A DNA stretch of 62,323 bases, filler included, from an uncultured virus (IMG/VR IMGVR_UViG_3300005239_002389) (8 parts of one record of this genome joined end to end with filler, not necessarily neighbours in it); one strand, 5' to 3'. Counted from the whole stretch's first letter, positions 30,611 to 41,329 are shown. Numbers and translations: made by a program. The notes: generated by a model from the letters alone, not told the origin.

Positions 30611-31399
30611 CTAGATTACACTGCTTCCCGGTTGGAATGCACTGTAAGCGTCTTCGAAAGACTTTTTAAGCCCTCGAGTAGTGGCTTCCTTTTCAGATAA
30701 GTTCCTATTTTGTTTTATAAATTTCAGAATTGTGTCTTGAGTTTTCTGTAGTTCTCTTATCGCTTTGTCGTTACTTGTTGCTTCTGTATTAATAATTCCT
30801 GGATCAGGTTCTAATGCAGCTGCGATTAAACGCGGATCAGCGTCGATATCCATTAACGACTGATCTGAACTGGAAGTGGGTGTGCGATCTGGACCTAGGA
30901 ACCCCTCCATGAGTTTTATGAGCGTCGGGATTTGCTCTTCGTTAACTTGCGAAGTTTTGGGTTGTCCTGCAGGACCCTGGTTAAGAAAACTCGAAATCTC
31001 TTTCATAGTCTTTGCAGACTGGTTGGGATAGTAGCTTTTTCCTTCAGCGGTTGGCAAAGAAGCCCACTCAGGAGCTAGAAGAGCAATATTCTCTGGGTTT
31101 ATAGCAGCTGTATCAAAATCTACGCCGCGATCAAGCCCTAATCGATATGCGTACTCATCTTGACGCTCAGGTGTCATGGTGCCTCCACCTTGGCCCTGCC
31201 AGGTACCAGGCATAAACTGATACGCACCTGCTGCGGAACTGGGTATGGAGTTCTGAGTTGGCTGAATGACTTTATTGGGATGGTTTTGTGTGTTATCGAA
31301 AGTCCCACCGCCGTAGTAAATGTTATAACCCCTTCCTCCGTTGCGCCAAGTACCCTCTGCGCGGGAGATGAGATCAAGCCAGGATTGTCTGTTGCTCAT
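30611..31399 (-). CDS. Lambda-lysozyme/GH104-like muramidase with a C-terminal extension (virion-associated candidate)
   Basis: LDLISRAEGT...GYN...HP...SSAAGAYQFMPGTW...PERQD...EWASLP...SYY. Confidence 0.85.
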   Translation of the reverse strand: MSNRQSWLDLISRAEGTWRNGGRGYNIYYGGGTFDNTQNHPNKVIQPTQNSIPSSAAGAYQFMPGTWQGQGGGTMTPERQDEYAYRLGLDRGVDFDTAAINPENIALLAPEWASLPTAEGKSYYPNQSAKTMKEISSFLNQGPAGQPKTSQVNEEQIPTLIKLMEGFLGPDRTPTSSSDQSLMDIDADPRLIAAALEPDPGIINTEATSNDKAIRELQKTQDTILKFIKQNRNLSEKEATTRGLKKSFEDAYSAFQPGSSVI

Positions 31400-31629
31400 T
31401 TGACGTGGTTCTCTTCGTTTTTGTCGTCGAAAACATCGACTGAAGGGTCGACCATGATGCCTAACTCTTCGATCACTGCTTTGTAAGCTCGCTCTCTACA
31501 GACCATTCGGAAGATGCGTTGCCAAAGGTAATGATCTCTGTCACGACCTTTCAGTTGCTTTGCACCATTACGAATACGAGTGAGAGTGAACTCGTCTTCG
31601 AGAGTGAGACCTATAGAGATTTGCTCATG
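31396..31629 (-). CDS. Small hypothetical protein
   Basis: MEHEQISIGLTLEDEFTLTRI...; coupled to the muramidase. Confidence 0.65.
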   Translation of the reverse strand, partial: HEQISIGLTLEDEFTLTRIRNGAKQLKGRDRDHYLWQRIFRMVCRERAYKAVIEELGIMVDPSVDVFDDKNEENHVK

Positions 31630-31760
31630 TTCCACGGGGTTGCTCCGCTGTCTTTGATTTNNNNNNNNNNNNNNNNNNNNNNNNNNNNNNNNNNNNNNNN
31701 NNNNTTAATTAATTAANNNNNNNNNNNNNNNNNNNNNNNNNNNNNNNNNNNNNNNNNNNN

Positions 31761-31888
31761 TGGCTAAAGACTTGTATGTCATGGCCAGAGAGTGCGAGTG
31801 CCCCGATGGAGAAAACGAAATTTCTCAGATCGTCAATCACATGTTCAAGTCCGCTTGGATGATGAAGTCGACTCTCAGAACAAGTTAG
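31761..31888 (+). CDS. Dps/ferritin-like protein, C-terminal fragment
   Basis: AKDLYVMARECECPDGENEISQIVNHMFKSAWMMKSTLRTS* matches the Dps terminal helix pattern (KxxWMLxxxL). Confidence 0.55.
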
Positions 31889-32463
31889 ACCAATACTTTG
31901 TTCCAGGACGTTCCGTCTGAGACGTAGAGGAATTGATTAGCGGTATCAAAGGCTAAAGATCCAGAGTCACCTACGGTAGGTAGTGAGCCACTAAATAACG
32001 TACTTACTTGTCCTGTACAGCTACCAGCTGTGGTTGCAAAGTTTGCGTTAGTAGCGTTAGTAGCTGTGCCAGCAGTTGTTGCAAAGTTTGCCGTGGTTGC
32101 AGTAGTAGCAGTAGTAGCAGTAATAGCAGTAGTAGCAGTAGCCGCAAGAGTGGCAAAACCAGCTCCGATTTCTACCCACGCAGAGCCATTCCAGACCCTC
32201 ATGTTGTAGTTAGCTGTATCGTCAACCCACAGCTCGCCTACAGAGTTTCCGGCTTCTCCGTTTGGTGTTGAGTTAGGAGCGTTAGTTCCGTATTGCGCAC
32301 CTCCGATTTTGCGAATATCACTAGCGGAATCCAAGAAGTAAAGCCCTGGCTCCGTTGCACCAAAGGAAAGTGCTAACTGGCCAGTAGTAAGTGACGCAGG
32401 AAAAGGTCTGTCCGCAGACTGACCAGTTCTCAACGTAAGAATTGTTACTGGGGTAGAAGTCAT
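31885..32463 (-). CDS. Tail or fibre protein with a T/A-rich stalk
   Basis: RPFPASLTTGQLAL...GLYFLDS; GELWVD; ATTAT repeats; LAFDTANQFLYVSDGTSW. Confidence 0.8.
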   Translation of the reverse strand: MTSTPVTILTLRTGQSADRPFPASLTTGQLALSFGATEPGLYFLDSASDIRKIGGAQYGTNAPNSTPNGEAGNSVGELWVDDTANYNMRVWNGSAWVEIGAGFATLAATATTAITATTATTATTANFATTAGTATNATNANFATTAGSCTGQVSTLFSGSLPTVGDSGSLAFDTANQFLYVSDGTSWNKVLV

Positions 32464-33884
32464 TTAGTAAGTACCGCCGTTAATAAGAGATCGATAAATC
32501 GGAGGACCCACAATGGCACCATTTAGATACTCACCACAATCGTAGATTAAGATGGCTCCGCTTCCCACCGGTACACCGTTTTCGTACTGACCTCCATCGA
32601 CAATAGGAATGTTCTCAGGTGGAACAGGAATTAGTGGGTTGAACTCCTCTAGAAAGAACATTGTGAACCCACTGGCTTGAATAGCAGGTACATTTCCTGA
32701 TGCCAGAGTATCGAAATTTAAAACTTTGGAAGTTGTGGGAAATCCATCCGAGTACAGCATGTGTGTCGGAGTGTCGTCTTTTGAGGGAGAGAATCTTTCC
32801 CAGTACTCCAAGTTTTTAGATCGATTTTTAAAATCAGTTGCTTTTTCAAGATTCTTATAAAAATACTCTCGATAAGCAGGGTTCATTGGCTCGTCGTTAG
32901 GTTCAGCTAAGTAAGGAGTCACGAACGCCTGTGTTTTAAAGCGGTTTTGCATGTCCCACCACGAGGCGTACAAGTGTTTACAAAACCTGGGCTGAAAAAA
33001 GAACATATTGGGATCTGAGTAAGACGATCCTGCACTGTCGTCGTAGTTCGGGGGATCCAGCAGCTTATTGGTGTAGATAAAACCAAAATCTCTTGTAAAT
33101 CCTGGTAAATCACGGGTGGCGGCAGGTCTGTCACCTGTATATGTTTCTGTACCAGCGTCGTAAAAACCAGGTTTCAAGTCTTGAGGTTTGGTATAGGGGT
33201 AACTCCTCATGGAGGAGTATTTGTAGAGATTGAAGTCATCTCGCCCAAGGTAATCAGGACAGTTACACCCGAACCTCATTGCTGTTGTAAAAAAGTCTCC
33301 AGGAATCGGGTCCATTGCAGCTGGACTAGAAAGAACATCGTTACCAAAGACTGTCCAACTAGTGTCTGCAGTTGCCGATAGAAAAAGAGTATTAAAAACA
33401 GGAAGAGGTGAAGGTTCTTGCGGACCACCAGCTAAGGTGCCAACACCGACCACGGTGTAATTGTTGTATATGCTTTTTTCGTCACCATTTGAGTCAAAAC
33501 GATCGGAGACAACCTCACCGGTCATAAAAGAAACTGGCGCACCAAAAGTTGAAGACAGTTCTGCAGCCAAAATGCTGTTCTCTGCGTCGTAAGTGGTGAC
33601 ACTTTTAATTGAAATACCGTAGTCAAGAAGATTAATGGTGTCTCTAGGTCGGATGAGTGTCATCCTCATTGCCATATCCTGCGTTGTTGCGGGATACATG
33701 TAACAGATACCAGGAATTTCGAGACTTCCCGAACCTGCTTGTCCGTTTACGGCATAGCGAAAGCTGTAGTTAAGACCAAGGAACCGCTGGTTCGCATACA
33801 TGAAAAGTTCATAACCACGTCTCCACCGGGTCCAAAGAGAAGCGTAGTTGTAGTTGTCTAAGACGCTTAAGTCTTTGAGATTGA
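32464..33884 (-). CDS. Large protein in the virion module with a SWIM-like zinc finger; 5' end in a gap
   Basis: GCNCPDY...RFCKHLYA; C-terminal VDGGQY/INGGTY motifs. Confidence 0.75.
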
Positions 33885-34245
33885 NNNNNNNNNNNNNNNN
33901 NNNNNNNNNNNNNNNNNNNNNNNNNNNNNNNNNNNNNNNNNNNNNNNNNNNNNNNNNNNNNNNNNNNNNNNNNNNNNNNNNNNNNNNNNNNNNNNNNNNN
34001 NNNNNNNNNNNNNNNNNNNNNNNNNNNNNNNNNNNNNNNNNNNNNNNNNNNNNNNNNNNNNNNNNNNNNNNNNNNNNNNNNNNNNNNNNNNNNNNNNNNN
34101 NNNNNNNNNNNNNNNNNNNNNNNNNNNNNNNNNNNNNNNNNNNNNNNNNNNNNNNNNNNNNNNNNNNNNNNNNNNNNNNNNNNNNNNNNNNNNNNNNNNN
34201 NNNNNNNNNNNNNNNNNNNNNNNNNNNNNNNNNNNNNNNNNNNNN

Positions 34246-34809
34246 ATAGAATCCGCCTTGTGCAAACCAAGTCACACCAGAAGCACTTAAAGAACCTGAA
34301 GGAGTGAACGTTGTAGTGCTACCTCCCGCTCCTAAGTAACCTACGCAAAGAATGTATCCCTTCTCCAGATACAAACCTTCCATCTTGCCGATCATGATTG
34401 GCCTTAGAAGGTTAGTGTTACCTGTTTGGGGAGTAGGTGCGTTAGTCGAAGGAAGAAGAATAGGCTGTGGTAGTCCATCTTTACCGCCAGACAAACCAAT
34501 TTCATACTTACCAATCATCATGGGGAATGATGTGGCAGGAGCAGACTGATTGGGAGCGTATACGTATAGACCAAACTCAGCTGTATACATACCCGCATCA
34601 TCGGGATATGCTTCGTTACTTACACACCAAATATCTTCAACTAGCGCTGCGTCTTCAGACGGAATGTCGCCCACACGGACTAGTTGAGTCAGCGTGGAGA
34701 AATCAGGTACTGCAGGGTTGATTACAGGAGTACCTTCAATGAACCTCGCACCCCTCAGAAAGGGGCGATCAACCATAAGTGGCTGTTTATTGGTGGAGGT
34801 ACTTGCCAC
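34246..34809 (-). CDS. Putative structural protein, probably separate from the 32464 gene
   Basis: MASTSTNKQPLMVDRP...WFAQGGFY; the fusion in the ORF track runs across Ns. Confidence 0.7.
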
Positions 34810-34883
34810 TGCCTACTAAGTCTGAGGGTGATCTAATGTTAACACCGGAGAATTGAAGATTACATACCTTAAAACCCTTGGTT

Positions 34884-35621
34884 TTATTGACCACCAGGAG
34901 GCGTCAAGGTTTTAAGGGGATCTCTACTATTTCTAACTGAACTTGAAGGAAGTTGCTGACTAGCTTTATCGCCAAGACTGTAACCACGCTGTTGCGCCAT
35001 CACTGCAAACTCCTGCGGAGAAATTCCATATTCGTTTGCTCCTCTTAGAAGAGCCGCAAGACCAAGTGTCTTTCCGTCTTCGCCAAATCCTTCACCTGTA
35101 AATTTCGTTAGATCTTCGAGAGGGTACGAAGGTTTCGAAGGCTCAATTACGGATTCGCCAGTTGTAAATTTCTCAGATGGCTTGACTCCAGTCCTAGCAC
35201 TTTCAATAAACTCTCGACCGTCCTCGTAACCGAGAGAACGAGCAAGCACGTCGTACTGATTTCCTTGGTTAAACCCAGCAAATCGACTCTGACTGCGTGG
35301 CACTCCTCTAATGCCTTCGATAATACTTCCAGCACCATAGAGAATAGGAGTGATATCTCTTGCAAAACCTCCCAAACGATCAAGCCAGTTACCACCACTC
35401 TCTTGGGGTTGTCCACCACCAAAAGTTGAAGGAATTCCTCTTTCTGTGCCAAAAGCTGGATTATATTCATAACCTTGCTCAAAACTTGATTCAAAATATC
35501 CAGGTGAATTAAAATCAAAGTCCCCAGGTAACTTAAAAGCAGAGTCCCTAGGTGTGTTTAAACCTAAGTCACTGTTTGTGAAAAATTGGTCTAATTGTCC
35601 GGAGGAGAAAGGGTTATTCAT
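34884..35621 (-). CDS. Low-complexity hypothetical protein (internal/ejection candidate)
   Basis: 245 aa, G/S/F-rich, no Cys. Confidence 0.75.
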   Translation of the reverse strand: MNNPFSSGQLDQFFTNSDLGLNTPRDSAFKLPGDFDFNSPGYFESSFEQGYEYNPAFGTERGIPSTFGGGQPQESGGNWLDRLGGFARDITPILYGAGSIIEGIRGVPRSQSRFAGFNQGNQYDVLARSLGYEDGREFIESARTGVKPSEKFTTGESVIEPSKPSYPLEDLTKFTGEGFGEDGKTLGLAALLRGANEYGISPQEFAVMAQQRGYSLGDKASQQLPSSSVRNSRDPLKTLTPPGGQ

Positions 35622-37315
35622 GAGTAGACACCTTGAGAAGCGAGGCGTTGTTGGATAGCTAGAGGAATTTTTTCTATAACTGAGTTTATACGAGGTTGCG
35701 CAGCCAGCGTAAGATCTGAGTTTAAGACCCCGTTAGCTGCGACAAGAGCAGATTCACCAGAGTTACTGCCTAAGTCCGAAACCGCTGTAATACCGGGAAC
35801 AGACGCATTAGCATTTTGATCAAGCGTCTCCGGTGCATTGAGTCCTTGTCGTTCTAGTAGTTGGTAAGCGAGACCTGGGTGAGTCTGAGCCCACGTGCCC
35901 ATGTTTTCCGCTTGAAGACCAGACAACTCAGCAACTGCTGCCGCAATAAGGTCCCTACGAGAATCTTGACTGGCGTAGTTGTCTCGATCTCGGTAGTAAT
36001 CTGCGATGTTTGAGTATTTCTCAGGAGACATTGGTTCGGTGTATTTATCGATGATTGCATTGAGATCGTTATTTCCCTGCTGTACTTCTCTACGTCTTTC
36101 ATTGTTTCCGTCATTACTAATAACAGATGTAGGTGTATTAGTTTTCACATCGGAGCCGCGTGGTGTCTCAAGTTCCTTTTGTAGTGAGGATGAAATATCC
36201 GTTACACCTGTGGCAGTTCCTTTCCCTTCTTCCACTAAACGAACTATCTGCTCAAGTTCGGCAACCGGAAGACCTCCATCCGTAGGATCACTCATAGGCA
36301 TCTGACCTTCAAAACGGTCATCTTGCTGTTGAGTACGATTGAGATAAGTACCTGCACCTAATGCACCAGCTCCTGTAAGAGCTGCAATTACACGTGGATC
36401 GCTGAGGTTAGTTAGAAAAGTGCCTTCATTAGTAGGTAGAATCCCACGAAGCGCAGCAGGAACTTGAAAGGCTTCGTCAACTAACCCCGCTGCTGCGTTA
36501 GACGTATCTACAGTTCTCCTGACTGCTGAAGGAATAGACAACTGTCCATCAGGAATACGGTTGAGATAACTAGGAGAATCAACACGATCCATCAAAGGAC
36601 CGCCGCCTCTTGCCATACTTCTTATCTGAGCAGAAGCTGAAGGAGTTGCAGCAGATTGAGGGTTGTACATCTGACCCCCAGTGCTTCCGCCTGCTTGTCT
36701 CTGTACACCTCTAGAAGTTGTGTATGCCTGCTGAGCAGTAGATCCTGCAGGGTTACGAAGATCTAGTCTTCCTTGCACTGTATTAGTCATCGTCCCTGTG
36801 GGACGTACATTCATAGGTGGCGGTGGAGGCAACTCCGATTGAGGAGGAGTGATGTTATTAGGAAACTCAGGACGAGGAGCTTGAGGTTGAGCTGCACTAG
36901 GACGCACGGACCTAGGCATAGAGACCGGGATTACCTGTCCCCTTGTAGGAGTCCCTGAAATAATCTCCGCTGGAGAAGATCCCCCATAGCCACGGGGGGT
37001 ATAGCCAGCAGGAGCAGGAAAATTAGGTACTGCTGCTCTACCAGTCGGAACAGGAATATCTCCAGTACCCATCAAACCACCCCTGACCAAACCGCTTCCT
37101 CCATAAGCCTCACGCGCAATACTGCTAGTAGCAGGTCCCAGTCTTAAAGCTTGTGCTGCGTCAAGAGGGATCTCAGCAGCATTACTCAAAGCGTTTCTAG
37201 CAATCGCTATAGAAGTAGCTATATCAGGTGTAAGGTTTTTGGTGGCAGACCTACCTCCACCCATTAGAAGGTCTATTAAGGTCCCGCCCACGCCTCTACC
37301 GACTTTTCCGACCAT
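35618..37315 (-). CDS. Large A/G/P-rich protein (internal/ejection candidate)
   Basis: 565 aa, no Cys, long disordered segment, Gly-zipper IAALTGAGALGAG. Confidence 0.8.
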   Translation of the reverse strand: MVGKVGRGVGGTLIDLLMGGGRSATKNLTPDIATSIAIARNALSNAAEIPLDAAQALRLGPATSSIAREAYGGSGLVRGGLMGTGDIPVPTGRAAVPNFPAPAGYTPRGYGGSSPAEIISGTPTRGQVIPVSMPRSVRPSAAQPQAPRPEFPNNITPPQSELPPPPPMNVRPTGTMTNTVQGRLDLRNPAGSTAQQAYTTSRGVQRQAGGSTGGQMYNPQSAATPSASAQIRSMARGGGPLMDRVDSPSYLNRIPDGQLSIPSAVRRTVDTSNAAAGLVDEAFQVPAALRGILPTNEGTFLTNLSDPRVIAALTGAGALGAGTYLNRTQQQDDRFEGQMPMSDPTDGGLPVAELEQIVRLVEEGKGTATGVTDISSSLQKELETPRGSDVKTNTPTSVISNDGNNERRREVQQGNNDLNAIIDKYTEPMSPEKYSNIADYYRDRDNYASQDSRRDLIAAAVAELSGLQAENMGTWAQTHPGLAYQLLERQGLNAPETLDQNANASVPGITAVSDLGSNSGESALVAANGVLNSDLTLAAQPRINSVIEKIPLAIQQRLASQGVYS

Positions 37316-37347
37316 GGTAATTAGCTGTGCTACTACTTCTTTTTATA

Positions 37348-37968
37348 TTAACGCCAATTGGCAAAGAAATATAATCTGTCAGCACGTGACACATCAGGAG
37401 GCCCAGGAAGTGCTTGGATAAACTCTCCTCCGCTTCTTTCAAACCTGTACCTTGCTGCTACAGGGTCTTTGTAGTTAGCGACATAAAGCATTTCTGCAAG
37501 ACGACCCGTCTCGTACAAGTAGTTTTCACGCCAAACTCTGGCTACCTGTTGCTTGTCCTGAACGGTAATCGAACGCTGAACGTCACCCAGGATTGTTTCT
37601 TGTCTACTCGATGCGTCCCCCGTAGCTAGTTCAGTAAATCGCTCGGCTTCTTCACACCTTTCAATCTGAGCAACAATTTTGTCGTAGTAATACTCTGAAG
37701 GTATTGAAGTCGTAGCTTCGATCAACCTTGCGTAATCACCAGCAGGAACTGTGGCAATATTGTAACCTAGGTGATACGCTGTACGACTAAAGTTAAAGTC
37801 ATCAAGTCTGTAACCAAATGCCTGCGCTGGGTTGCGAGTTAGTTGATTAACAGCAGCGTAAACAACCTCACGCTTAGTAGCGTCTGTGCTGGTAGCGTCG
37901 AAAGTGACACCTTGCTGAGCTAGATACGACTGAATTTGTTCTAACTCAAATTGCGAAAGCTGAGCCAC
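37348..37968 (-). CDS. Putative head-tail adaptor or head completion protein
   Basis: Helical 206-aa protein downstream of the capsid genes; assignment is positional. Confidence 0.55.
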   Translation of the reverse strand: MAQLSQFELEQIQSYLAQQGVTFDATSTDATKREVVYAAVNQLTRNPAQAFGYRLDDFNFSRTAYHLGYNIATVPAGDYARLIEATTSIPSEYYYDKIVAQIERCEEAERFTELATGDASSRQETILGDVQRSITVQDKQQVARVWRENYLYETGRLAEMLYVANYKDPVAARYRFERSGGEFIQALPGPPDVSRADRLYFFANWR

Positions 37969-38001
37969 TTACCACAACCACGAATTAGTTTTATTCTACT
38001 T

Positions 38002-38448
38002 CTACTCTACGAATACCAGTCCAGTCTCAAAAACAGCGTCCCAATCAACACGCTTAATTGAAGCAAGTTGATCGAGTTTAGTAAAACGTTCTCCAGGGAG
38101 AGTTTGCTTGAGTTCGACAATTTCTTTTGCCGTCTTGAGACCTACTCCTGGTAGTACTTGAGTAAGACCCTCTGCAGTCAGCGTGTTCAGGTTGACACGG
38201 TTGTCGGTTGGAACCTGTGGTTTAACTACAGCGGTAGGGGTGGCACTAGAAATTTTTCTCCTTCCGCGTCGATTTCTTGACGGTGTGTCGTTGTTTTCAG
38301 ATGGTGTATCTTGCTGCTCTACCTGATCTCTGTGCGCATAGAAGACCTTACTGGAGGTAAGAGACCGCACCATGTGATATTCGCCGTCGTCATGCGTAGA
38401 AAGGATAACAACCTTAATTCCACTGGGTTTGTAGATCGTGTCGGACAT
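38002..38448 (-). CDS. Helix-hairpin-helix (ComEA-like) DNA-binding protein
   Basis: VNLNTLTAEGLTQVLPGVGLKTAKEIV...FTKLDQL. Confidence 0.8.
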   Translation of the reverse strand: MSDTIYKPSGIKVVILSTHDDGEYHMVRSLTSSKVFYAHRDQVEQQDTPSENNDTPSRNRRGRRKISSATPTAVVKPQVPTDNRVNLNTLTAEGLTQVLPGVGLKTAKEIVELKQTLPGERFTKLDQLASIKRVDWDAVFETGLVFVE

Positions 38449-38473
38449 AAACAAACAGTATGTAGGCAGTACT

Positions 38474-38758
38474 TTAATCTAAACCATCAAAATCCGCACC
38501 CCACATACCCACACTGCTTTGTGGCTCAGTCTCCATATTTTCTATAAACTGTCTTCTCTTTTCCCAAGTATCTCCTCCTTCTTTACCTTTCATAGCATTA
38601 ATACACATACTGCTTTGTGCTGTGTTACATACAAGACCAGCTAAATCAAGCTCGTTACCTCGACTCCCAGTAGCCCAGTAATGAACTCCGTTAAGCCAGA
38701 CAGCACCGCATTTAGGGCACTCCTTACGGTTGATGTTGAGCTCTGAGGTGTCTGTCAC
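38474..38758 (-). CDS. Small Cys-containing hypothetical protein
   Basis: CPKCGAVWLNGVHYWATG...DLAGLVCN...CIN. Confidence 0.75.
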   Translation of the reverse strand: MTDTSELNINRKECPKCGAVWLNGVHYWATGSRGNELDLAGLVCNTAQSSMCINAMKGKEGGDTWEKRRQFIENMETEPQSSVGMWGADFDGLD

Positions 38759-38807
38759 GGTACTAACGGTACAGATAATGTATATAGTCTACTCAGTTTG
38801 GATAAAC

Positions 38808-38834
38808 AAAAAAAGACCCCTCCAAAGAGGGGCC
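38808..38834 (-). terminator. Rho-independent terminator after the capsid genes
   Basis: Minus strand GCCCCTC-TTTG-GAGGGGT followed by CTTTTTTT. Confidence 0.8.
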
Positions 38835-38856
38835 GTCCGTGTTCCAACTGATCTTA

Positions 38857-40121
38857 TCAGCGGGGTTGAGTAGAAGTGTAAACAGAAGATTCTGTAACAC
38901 CGTCGGGCTGAAGAGCCACGTCCTGACGCTCTGGAGGAGAATCGGGAAGGATCCAACAGACTTCGCAAATTGCGAGAGCCTTTTCGTCGCCAGACAAGAA
39001 GTTGTTGCCAGCGCGGGGATCGTAAACACCAGAACCTTGCACCACGGGGGAGGCATTGGTTGTTGCAAAGAGCTTCCACTGAGTTTCCGCAGTAGTAGNN
39101 NNNNNNNNNNNNNNNNNNNNNNNNNNNNNNNNNNNNNNNNNNNNNNNNNNNNNNNNNNNNNNNNNNNNNNNNNNNNNNNNNNNNNNNNNNNNNNNNNNNN
39201 NNNNNNNNNNNNNNNNNNNNNNNNNNNNNNNNNNNNNNNNNNNNNNNNNNNNNNNNNNNNNNNNNNNNNNNNNNNNNNNNNNNNNNNNNNNNNNNNNNNN
39301 NNNNNNNNNNNNNNNNNNNNNNNNNNNNNNNNNNNNNNNNNNNNNNNNNNNNNNNNNNNNNNNNNNNNNNNNNNNNNNNNNNNNNNNNNNNNNNNNNNNN
39401 NNNNNNNNNNNNNNNNNNNNNNNNNNNNNNNNNNNNNNNNNNNNNNNNNNNNNNNNNNNNNNNNNNNNNNNNNNNNNNNNNNNNNNNNNNNNNNNNNNNN
39501 NNNNNNNNNNNNNNNNNNNNNNNNNNNNNNNNNNNNNNNNNNNNNNNNNNNNNNNNNNNNNNNNNNNNNNNNNNNNNNNNNNNNNNNNNNNNNNNNNNNN
39601 NNNNNNNNNNNNNNNNNNNNNNNNNNNNNNNNNNNNNNNNNNNNNNNNNNNNNNNNNNNNNNNNNNNNNNNNNNNNNNNNNNNNNNNNNNNNNNNNNNNN
39701 NNNNNNNNNNNNNNNNNNNNNNNNNNNNNNNNNNNNNNNNNNNNNNNNNNNNNNNNNNNNNNNNNNNNNNNNNNNNNNNNNNNNNNNNNNNNNNNNNNNN
39801 NNNNNNNNNNNNNNNNNNNNNNNNNNNNNNNNNNNNNGCTGTTAACACCAGAGCCATAGGCTTGGGTGTAGTACTCCAGCTGGTGACGGAACCCAGAGCT
39901 TGGTAGCTCAGGTCAACGTAACCAATTGCTTGTTGAGCAACCCAGCCGGGACGGAAAATGACACCGACAGGACCACCAACAGGTTGGTTGGTGTAGCTCG
40001 TAGAAACGCCATTGGCGTTCTCGAACTGCATGGTCTTTTCTTCGTGCCAGTAACGAAGAACGTTTGCGTAGTTGCCAGGATAAATCTTGGCGACTGAGAT
40101 CTGGTTGGGATTAATTGCCAT
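38857..40121 (-). CDS. Structural protein directly after the major capsid gene (minor capsid/decoration); middle in a gap
   Basis: MAINPNQISVAKIYPGNY... and C-terminus GSGVYDPRAG...CEVCWILPD; GAGG RBS; terminator follows. Confidence 0.7.
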
Positions 40122-40132
40122 CGTTAGTTACC

Positions 40133-41248
40133 TCAAGCGTCGAAGGAGTAACCAACGGTCACGAAGTCTGCATTTAGCAGCTCGAAACCAGCATACAGGC
40201 TCCAGATCATCATGATGAATCGTGAGAAGTCATCATTGTTGTTCAGGAGTACCTGTGCATTGTTACCGCCGATACCGACGCCAACAGACTGAGGACCGAA
40301 GAACATGCCGATCGCCGCATTGTAATCAGCGGCTGTAGCGGCAATAGTTGCGTTCTGGCTTTGTGAAGGCATGTTAGTGGATTCGAAGAATCGCACACCT
40401 TCAAATACAAAGCCCGTAGGCATAATCGGCTCACCAGCCACGAAAGTAGCTTGGCCGAAACCCTGACCCATATACAGCGCAGCGTTAGGCTGCATTGCTG
40501 ACATAAGGGGATTGATCTGACCGTTACCGGGGTAGCGAGCCACCTCACGGAAGTCAGAGTTTTGACGCAAGTGCATCAAAAATGTAGGGTCACAAACGCA
40601 GCGGTAGAACCCATCCTGGTAGGTAGGGGTGTTGCGCTTACGGAGCGACTTGACCACGCGGAGGAGGTCATCTTTAACGTCGAACTTGGCTTGCTCGGCG
40701 TTGGTGTAGGTGAGTGCTCCCGTGGCAAGATCGCCAGGGAAGTAATAGCCACCTTGTGTATCTGATGATTGGCCTTTAGAAACAGCTTTCAGAAGCTCGT
40801 TAATAAAGACGCGATCACGCCAACGGCGGTAATCATCCAGCAGTGTGAGGCTACCGATGCTCTGATGGAAGGTAGTTAAGTTACCTGTATCGAGCAAAAG
40901 ACGTTGCGCAGTGATGAGAGTCTCACGCGCAACCTTGAAGGTAGAAGGCTGAGTGGGATCGGAAGGATCCGCAGGGCCGGTGTACTCACGAAGAGTTACA
41001 AGGACTTTGTCCTTGACAATGTTGCGTGAGTTAGCTGTACCGATGGTCTGCTCAGCTGTACGCTCGCGAGACTCCTTCGATCCAGGATTGCCGAAGAACT
41101 TGTAGCGATCAAGCTGTACAGTCTGGCCCGGCTGTTTGGAAAAATCGTGGACAATTACAGGCTCTGCAGCCATTTCCACGATGTAAGCCGGGTGGGGACG
41201 ATACAGTTCCGCACCAAGAATCTTCGGAAAATCATTATCGATAAACAT
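40133..41248 (-). CDS. Major capsid protein
   Basis: 371 aa; QPGQTVQLDRY E-loop-like segment, GFVFEGVRFFESTN, FFGPQSVG; lies after the scaffold and before a terminator. Confidence 0.85.
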   Translation of the reverse strand: MFIDNDFPKILGAELYRPHPAYIVEMAAEPVIVHDFSKQPGQTVQLDRYKFFGNPGSKESRERTAEQTIGTANSRNIVKDKVLVTLREYTGPADPSDPTQPSTFKVARETLITAQRLLLDTGNLTTFHQSIGSLTLLDDYRRWRDRVFINELLKAVSKGQSSDTQGGYYFPGDLATGALTYTNAEQAKFDVKDDLLRVVKSLRKRNTPTYQDGFYRCVCDPTFLMHLRQNSDFREVARYPGNGQINPLMSAMQPNAALYMGQGFGQATFVAGEPIMPTGFVFEGVRFFESTNMPSQSQNATIAATAADYNAAIGMFFGPQSVGVGIGGNNAQVLLNNNDDFSRFIMMIWSLYAGFELLNADFVTVGYSFDA

Positions 41249-41329
41249 CGATAAGTTCCGTAGAAACTACCTGCTAAGTCTACGTTGTAGCGTTACTAAA
41301 ACACTACATGGGTGTTGCATTCTTAGCGG

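Noticed and set aside
32030..32145. AGTAGTAGC micro-repeats
   Set aside because: Explained by the Thr/Ala stalk of the fibre protein
32464..34809. Single 781-aa protein, and similar fusions at 12400-13812, 41330-42844 and 43860-45392
   Set aside because: The ORF track reads through Ns; these are probably separate genes
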